Made by a program: the position numbers and the translations under genes
Notes under the pieces: model-generated
What the model was told of the DNA's origin: nothing
The model's database searches: none
Seen by the model: the letters and a program-made list of their open reading frames with translations, nothing else
Origin: Fonticula alba ATCC 38817
Lineage: Eukaryota > Protista > Nucleariida
NCBI GenBank assembly: GCA_000388065.2
Contig: KB932206.1
DNA length: 9,159 nt
Direction: 5' to 3' (one strand)
Shown here: positions 1 to 6,223 of the stretch, in pieces
Numbering within the stretch: position 1 is the first letter of the stretch
Layout: each line of letters begins with the position of its first letter

Positions 1-196
1 CCGCCCGCCGCCCCGCCCCCCCCCCGTCGCTCGGCGGCGGGGACATACTTCAAGAGGCTGCGCATTCCGTCAGACCATGAATTGGATACACAGAATCCTG
101 TTTACAGCTTCCGCGTATCCAGGTTCAATTTTCCAGCGTCTTCGCTACTTTTCTCTTCCCCCGCCCCCTCCCCCCTCCCCCTTTCTGATATCAACC

Positions 197-1160
197 ATGG
201 TCCGTGTCCTCCTTCCTTTGCCCTTGTCCTCCCCCCCGCCTCCTCCTTCCTTTGCCCCTGTCCTCCCTCACCCGAGGAGTATGTGTCCCTCCTCCCTTAC
301 TAACGCGCGTCCGGTCTCTCGTCCCCTCCCTCCCTCCCCTTCTCTCTCTCCCTCTCTCTCCCTCCCGGGGTGTGTGGACGCCCATGCACACAGGCTGTCA
401 CTGACGAGGGTACGCCGCCAGCGCCTTCTTCCGGACTGCGCCCATCCCCCCCCCTGCGCCACCTCTCCCTCCTCTGCCCTTCGCCCCCCCCCTCTAACAT
501 GTGTGTCTCCCCCCCCTGCTCTCCTCGTCCCACCACAGAGTCTCGCGAGGCCTTCAACCTCTACGACAAGCTCGGCGATGGTACCATCTCCGTCAAGGAC
601 CTCCCCGACCTCCTGCGCGCCGTCGGCCAGAACCCCCTCCAGCGCGAGGTCGATGAGATCTGCAAGAAGATCGACCCGTCCGGCAACAAGCGCCTGACCT
701 TCGACGAGTACAAGGCTATCCAGAACCGCGCCGACGGCTGGAAGGCTCACGGCTCCGAGGAGGAGTTCATCCAGGGCTTCGCCGTCTTCGACCGCGATGG
801 CAACGGCCTCATCTCCGCTGGTGAGCTCCGCTACGTCCTCACCTCCCTCGGTGAGAAGCTCTCCGACCGTGAGGTTGATGAGCTCCTCCGTGGTGTTGAG
901 CTCAACAAGGACGGCAGCCTCAACTACGAGGGTATGTTTCTCCCTCCCCCCTTTCCCCCGCCGCAGTCTTCCTTCTCTCTCTCTCTCTCTGCCTCTCCTG
1001 TGGTGTGGCGAGAGAGAGAGGCATCCACACGCGCCCGTCCTCCTTTCCCGCCTCCCGTTCCACATACTGACGCGTGTCCCCCTCTGGCCCGCCGCCGCTG
1101 TCCTTCCCTCTCCCCCCCCCGCTTCTCGCAGAGTTCGTCCGCACCATCATCAAGGCTTAA
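197..1160 (+). CDS. MLC1: Myosin essential light chain (Cdc4/Mlc1-like, calmodulin/EF-hand superfamily), 146 aa; join(197..199,394..409,539..931,1132..1160)
   Basis: Spliced product is [39 protein letters not shown]...[66 protein letters not shown]. Exons sum to 441 nt in frame, ending TAA at 1158-1160. The motifs DLLRAxGQNP and [15 protein letters not shown] match S. pombe Cdc4 as I recall it. All three introns are GT-AG with branch points, and codon bias is extreme. Confidence 0.93.
200..393 (+). other. Intron 1 of light-chain gene (phase 0, directly after ATG)
   Basis: Donor GTCCGT at 200, branch point TACTAAC at 298-304, CT-rich tract with no AG until the CAG at 391-393. Confidence 0.82.
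410..538 (+). other. Intron 2 of light-chain gene (phase 1)
   Basis: Donor GTACGC, branch CTCTAAC at 492-498, acceptor CACAG. Splicing joins G|AG (Glu) in frame. Confidence 0.88.
932..1131 (+). other. Intron 3 of light-chain gene (phase 1)
   Basis: Donor GTATGT, branch TACTGAC at 1065-1071, acceptor CGCAG. Splicing restores [12 protein letters not shown]. Confidence 0.92.
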
Positions 1161-1271
1161 ATGCTTTGTCTCAGCGACATATCCATTTAGTTCCTTCGAA
1201 TGTCTCTTGGACCCATATACACAACACCTCACAAGATACATCTCCCCCTCATACCTCCAACTTAGCGCGTT

Positions 1272-1288
1272 TGTGTGTGTGTGTGTGT
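1272..1288. repeat. (TG)8 microsatellite downstream of the light-chain stop codon
   Basis: Read directly from the sequence. Confidence 0.9.
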
Positions 1289-1820
1289 CCGTCTGTGTCT
1301 CCCCCCCTGCCATTGGTGGGGGGTCTTCCTGTTGCGCGCGCCTCCTTCGCCATGTTCCTTTCTCTTGCTCCGCCCCGCCTCGCGGCGCGCCTACGTGGGT
1401 GTTGTTCCTGCTCGCGCACGGCCGCGCGCCATACCGAAGGGGGTGGGGCGCGGAGGAGAGGAGGTGTATCGGGTGGACCGCGGTGTGTGCTTTTTTCTGT
1501 GCCCTTTTCCGCACCCATGTCCTTGCATCCTGCACGCCCTCGGGACTCTTTCTCTCCCTTTTCTCTCCTCTCGCGCGCGAAGGGGCATGGGCTGCGCGTG
1601 GGCGTGTGTGGTGCTTCCAGAGAGGGGGGAGGAGCGCCAGGCACACGAAGGCATCCCGTCCTCTGTTCCTTTTTCATCTTCACCCCGGGTTCCAGTCTTC
1701 ATCGCCACACGGGAGAGAGCGATCCCGAGTGGGCTTTGGAGAACGGTCTCCCGGCCCGGGTGGAGGCGCGCCTCGCGGAGGGGCGAGCGCACCCTGGGAA
1801 GACGCCACCAAAGGACACCA

Positions 1821-1861
1821 GGGTGGCGAGGGGACGGGGGCTGGGAAGGGGCGGCGGGGGG
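1821..1861 (+). other. Potential G-quadruplex-forming sequence
   Basis: GGG-TGGCGA-GGGG-AC-GGGGG-CT-GGG-AA-GGGG-CGGC-GGGGGG has six runs of 3 or more G with short loops. Formation in vivo is untested. Confidence 0.5.
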
Positions 1862-2054
1862 ACCCCCCGTCCAGCCGTGGAAACCCATGAGTTGGCCCGG
1901 GGAGGGGCGGGACGGGGTCAAGCCATCCTCTGACCCGGGGGAGGTATGCCGGCACGGGGCGCGAAAAAATGAGATGAAAAACAAAAAACAACAACACACA
2001 CCGGCGATCCTGGTGTGTGCTATGTGCTGGTGTGCGCGCGTACGAGTGCTTCCC

Positions 2055-2097
2055 TGTGTGTGTGTATGTGTATGTGTGTATGTGTGTGTGTGTGTGT
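2055..2097. repeat. Interrupted (TG)n microsatellite with TA interruptions
   Basis: Read directly: tgtgtgtgtgtatgtgtatgtgtgtatgtgtgtgtgtgtgtgt. Confidence 0.9.
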
Positions 2098-2448
2098 ACT
2101 ACGCGCGGGGCCCGTCCGGCCCTGTCCGGCCGGTAGAGCCCCCCCCCCCCCCCCCGCAACTTGGCAGAGGGGCCGGGGGGTCTTTTGTCCAAGGAAGGAG
2201 CCCGTTGGCAATATTGGGAAGTGCCCTCCCTCAGCCCGGACCATTGTTTGATCAGTCTCCCTTTGGTCCCTCCCCCCCCCCCTGCCGTCCTTGTGTCGCC
2301 TCCCTGGCTACTCCTCCTCGTTTCCTCCCTGATCTCGCTCCGCTCGGCCGTCCCTTCTCCTCTCTCCCCCTCTCTCCCTCTCTCCCCTATCTCCCCCATC
2401 TCCCCCATCTCCCTCTCTCCCCCTCTCTTCCGGTCTCTCGGTACCTCT

Positions 2449-2465
2449 GCGCGCGCGCGCGCGCG
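2449..2465. repeat. (GC)8 alternating repeat just upstream of the gene 2 ATG
   Basis: Read directly; it ends 8 nt before the ATG at 2474. Confidence 0.85.
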
Positions 2466-2473
2466 ACCGCCAC

Positions 2474-2664
2474 ATGGGGCTCATCCGTCCATACAAACCC
2501 TCGAAGGAGGAGCGTGCCGAGCGCTCCAAGCTCGAGGAGATCGTTGTCCACCGCTCTGCCTCCGGCAGCCAGGAGCTCAGCAATTGTTCGTCCACTCTCA
2601 CCAGCCGCTCGATCTCCGTCCTGGCCCCCCTCCCACTCGTTCCCTGTCTTCGTGCTCACCCCCG

Positions 2665-2722
<58 letters not shown>

Positions 2723-5222
2723 CCGCCGGCGCAGCACTCTTCAAGGCCACTGTCGTCAATTCCATCTCGCTGGTCACGCAGATCTTCAACACGGGGATTG
2801 CCTCCAAGTACCAGATCATCTTCTGCGACTCCTTCGTCGTGGCCACCGCCCCTACATATGAGCAAATCCTCCAGGACTGGAACACCATCCAGGGGATCGA
2901 CATCTTGAGCTTCCCCCCGGATCGACGCGTGTCGGCCACGCTGAATGCCCTGGCGGCCCTGCAGCAGCAGCAGGCCCGCGGGCTGCGCCTGTCCACACAG
3001 ACCCCGCCTCCCGGGGCCGCGGCCTTCCCCTCGCCGCGCGCCAGCGAGTCCGGCTCCTCGGCCGAGTTGCCCATCCTGCCGGGGACGCCGCCCCCCTCGG
3101 TGCTGGCAGCCGCCAGCGCCACCTCCCGCGGCAAGCCGCCGCTGCCGGATGTGGCTGGCGATCGCGAAACCTCGCTGCTGAGTCTCTGGCGCGCGGACAC
3201 CACGCCCAGCGGCCTGTCCGGCTCGCTGTCCAACCTGCACGGCGGCGGGCCCGATGCGTCCGGCGAGTCGGTAGCCCGCATGCGCTCCCACTCCCAGGGC
3301 AGCCAGGCGACCGGCGGCTCGCGCTCGGGCCTGGCCCTTGATCGGCAGCACTGCCCCAGCGATGGCGATGAGAGGGATGCCGAAATCCGGCCCCCCCTGC
3401 CGGCGGTCCCCGGCGCCTCCACCCCCACCGGGAGGAGGGTGTCCACGCCGCCGCCGGCGCCATCGCCGCCGGCGCCGCCGGTGCCGCCTCACCCGGCATC
3501 CCTGACTCCGGCCCTGTCCGATGCCTCGGGCAGTGGCTCGCCGCCGGTTGATCCTGATCCCCCTGGTGGGGATGTGCTCTCCTTGACCGACGGGCTTCCC
3601 TCCAACCCCGATCCGGAGGTGGTGTTGCCGCAGGCCGATGACGATGCGGACCTCGGCGAGCTGCACATCCCGCCGGGTTCCCCGCCGGACCTGGGCATCA
3701 GCGCCCTGTCCGGGGGGGTTGCCTGCTCGGCCTCGGGCGGGTCCAATGCCTCGAGCACCTCCATGGCTGCTGTCAGTTCGGCGCCGCGCGTGCTACCGGC
3801 CCCGGCCCCGGCCCCGGCCCCGAGCACGCAATCGCCCTCGCCCTCGCCCTCTGGTCTCCCTCCCGCCGGCGCCGCATCGCACCCGGCGCCGGCTGCAGCC
3901 ACTGGCGATGCCTCCTCCCCTTCAGATCTCACCACAGTCGACCCTCCGCCGTCCCTGTCGTCATTGCCCTTGCCGGCATCCGGCCCTCGGCGGCCTGCAC
4001 TGGCCGGTTCAGCTGCTCGGCCAGGCCCCGCGACGCCGCCAGCCCGGCCACATTCCATGCCCCCCTCGCGGCTGGCCCATCCGGCCGGTGATGACTTCCT
4101 CTCCCTCATCAACCCGCTGGCTCTGCCTGTGTTCTACTCGTCGGGCCCTCCGGCGCTGGCTTCCCCACCGGGCTCGCCATCCCTCCCCGGCGGGCCCCCT
4201 GCCGGCCTGTCTCCTCCGGGCACCGCCCCTGCCACCGCCACCACCGCCACCAGTGCCTCGGCCGCTGCCACGTCTGATGCCGCCACCGCCGCCGGTGCGG
4301 CCACTGGTGCGGCCAACGCCGCCGATCATGCTACTACCTCCACCAGTCATGCTGCCGGCGCCGGCGCCGGCGCCGCCACCGATGCCGGCGCCACCGCCGC
4401 CGAGTCCACCCCCTCCGGGTCGCCAAAGCTTTCGGTCTGGCAATGGGCATCGGTGCTGGTGACGCGGCCGAACTTGCTCTTCACCCCGGGCGGCCTGGCC
4501 GCCGTGCCGGAGCTACTGGCCGGCCGCCCCCCGGAATCCGGCCCGGTCGAACAGGCCGCCGAGCACAGCACCCCCACGTCGCAGGCCGGCTCGCGCGCGG
4601 CCTCGCGCCCGGCCTCCCGGTCGCCGAGTTTCCTCTTCCTGTCTCCCTCGCAGCAGCAACTTCGCATGGGCGCCGGGTCGGCCGATGGCTTTGAACTGGC
4701 GTCGCTGGACGCGAGCGCCACCGGCGGAGCGGCCAACCCCGAGGATGGCCCCCTGGCGCCCCTGTCCCCCATGCTCGGCGCCGGGGACGCGCTGCGGCGC
4801 TCTCGGCGGGGGTCCGCCGCCAGCGGGCTGGACGCCCTTTCGTCGGATCCTCTGGCCGGCACCGGTCGTCCGGCTGGGGGATCTCACACTTCCCTGGTGG
4901 CGGACAATCTGCCCATGTCACAGGTGCGTGCCCCCTCGCGGGGCTCGGTCCTCTCGGCCCGGAGGTTGCCATTTTCGCGGTCTTCCTTTGCCCTGCCCAC
5001 TGACTCTCTCTCTCTCTCTCCCCCCCCCCCTCACCCCACTCCAAGGCTCGCCTCATGCGGCCCGAGGAGGTCGAGGCAGCCGTCGGGGACGTCCTCCAGC
5101 GCATGGGGTTCCACTTCGCCGATTCGCGGCTGCTTCTCCTGTCGCAAGCGCTGGACACGCTGATTGTCCTGCTGGCCACCGTGTCTCTTGTGCTGGCGCT
5201 GCTCGTGTCCGCCTCCATGTGA
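2474..5222 (+). CDS. Hypothetical protein, 825 aa, mostly low-complexity/disordered, with a C-terminal transmembrane helix; join(2474..2585,2735..4923,5046..5222)
   Basis: ATG lies in a gccacATGG context after a pyrimidine-rich leader. Exons of 112+2189+177 nt give 826 codons in frame. The N-terminus MGLIRPYKPSKEERAERSKLEEIVVHRSASGSQELSNSLFKATVVNSISLVTQIFNTGIASKYQIIFCDSFVV looks globular. The last exon is ARLMRPEEVEAAVGDVLQRMGFHFADSRLLLLSQALDTLIVLLATVSLVLALLVSASM*, with AATAAA 23 nt after the stop. I recognise no family, and the start codon is less certain than the internal structure. Confidence 0.75.
2586..2734 (+). other. Intron 1 of gene 2 (phase 1)
   Basis: Donor GTTCGT, candidate branch TGCTCAC at 2653-2659, poly-C tract, acceptor GCAG. 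Splicing joins T|CA (Ser) and links ORF 2474 to the frame of ORF 2161..5163. Confidence 0.8.
2665..2721 (+). repeat. Poly-C homopolymer, 57 nt, intronic
   Basis: Counted directly. The exact length may be an assembly artefact. Confidence 0.8.
3796..3822 (+). repeat. Coding (CCGGCC)4.5 repeat encoding PAPAPAPAP in gene 2
   Basis: Read directly; it is followed by TCGCCC repeats encoding SPSPSPS. Confidence 0.8.
4924..5045 (+). other. Intron 2 of gene 2 (phase 0, AAG acceptor)
   Basis: CAG|GTGCGT donor, branch CACTGAC at 4998-5004, (CT)n/poly-C tract. The first downstream AG is in CCAAG ending at 5045, and it opens a clean 59-codon terminal exon. Confidence 0.78.
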
Positions 5223-5245
5223 GCGGCGACCCGGGCGACGGGCCC

Positions 5246-5251
5246 AATAAA
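5246..5251 (+). terminator. Candidate polyadenylation signal AATAAA for gene 2
   Basis: A perfect AATAAA in otherwise very GC-rich sequence, 23 nt after the TGA at 5220-5222. Confidence 0.55.
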
Positions 5252-5848
5252 GCCACCCTTCCTCCTTCTCCGCCTCCTTCCCCGCGCGGCTCCCTGTCTT
5301 TTTGGGTGATCGGCGAGCTTGGCGCCGAAGCCCTGCCCACATGATCATCGCGGCTGTAGCGCTACGCGTGACGACCTCGATCGCGAGGCGGCTTCTCCGC
5401 GCATGCGCTGGCAGTTGGTCGCCCGCGCCCGGGCCCCGGGCATGGGGCGATGCGGGCGCCGTCCGGCCGGCGGGCCGCCCCCCCCCCCCGGGCCACCAAC
5501 GGGCATCTTGCCGCCCTTTGTCGCTGTGGCCCTCTCGCTCTTTCGGCCCTTCTCCCTCTCTGGACCCGGGTGCGCTGGATGCTGTTCGCTCGCGTCCGTT
5601 GAACACCGGCCCCTTGTTGGGAGTGAGGCTTTTCCCGCCTACGCCGATTGTTTGGCCGCCACCGCCGCCGCCGCCGCCGCCCTAGCGCCTGCGGAGGGGC
5701 CGTTTTTTCGTTTCTCCTCCCCCGAGCCGGGATGGGAGCAGGGGCCTTGGGGCTGCCGGCGGGCGTGGCGGAGTCCGTGATGATTTTCGGCCACAGCTGC
5801 ACTGGCGGCCCTCGACCAGGGGGTCATCAGACTCTCCTCCCCCCCCCC

Positions 5849-6223
5849 NNNNNNNNNNNNNNNNNNNNNNNNNNNNNNNNNNNNNNNNNNNNNNNNNNNN
5901 NNNNNNNNNNNNNNNNNNNNNNNNNNNNNNNNNNNNNNNNNNNNNNNNNNNNNNNNNNNNNNNNNNNNNNNNNNNNNNNNNNNNNNNNNNNNNNNNNNNN
6001 NNNNNNNNNNNNNNNNNNNNNNNNNNNNNNNNNNNNNNNNNNNNNNNNNNNNNNNNNNNNNNNNNNNNNNNNNNNNNNNNNNNNNNNNNNNNNNNNNNNN
6101 NNNNNNNNNNNNNNNNNNNNNNNNNNNNNNNNNNNNNNNNNNNNNNNNNNNNNNNNNNNNNNNNNNNNNNNNNNNNNNNNNNNNNNNNNNNNNNNNNNNN
6201 NNNNNNNNNNNNNNNNNNNNNNN
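5849..6223. other. Assembly gap (375 N)
   Basis: Run of N flanked by C-runs on both sides. It probably hides 5' exon(s) or the start of gene 3. Confidence 0.99.

Noticed and set aside
268-1065. 265-aa minus-strand ORF overlapping the light chain
   Set aside because: It is a shadow ORF. The sense CDS lacks TTA/CTA/TCA codons, so the antisense frame has no stops, and its ends translate intronic CT repeats.
370-1890. 506-aa ORF as a long EF-hand fusion protein
   Set aside because: It reads through introns 2 and 3 and the 3' UTR/intergenic DNA. The spliced 146-aa product has the family-typical length and C-terminus.
1161-2473. Alternative last exon for the light chain (as in vertebrate MYL6), or a small gene or ncRNA in the intergenic region
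   Set aside because: I found no acceptor followed by a helix-like terminal exon. ORFs here translate microsatellites and low-complexity DNA. I could not recognise a tRNA, snRNA or 5S fold; the GCCATACC at 1428-1435 has no further 5S similarity.
2474-2491. N-myristoylation of gene 2 (starts Met-Gly)
   Set aside because: MGLIRP lacks the usual Ser/Thr at position 6 and has Pro there.
2161-2734. N-terminal extension with a poly-proline run (formin/WASP-like) in the 1000-aa ORF
   Set aside because: The poly-Pro is a translation of the intronic poly-C tract between a GTTCGT donor and a GCAG acceptor. The upstream part is pyrimidine-rich leader sequence.
5219-5224. GTGAGC overlapping the gene 2 stop as a further donor
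   Set aside because: It has A at +4, unlike all seven local donors, and AATAAA follows 23 nt after the TGA. It is not fully excluded without RNA data.
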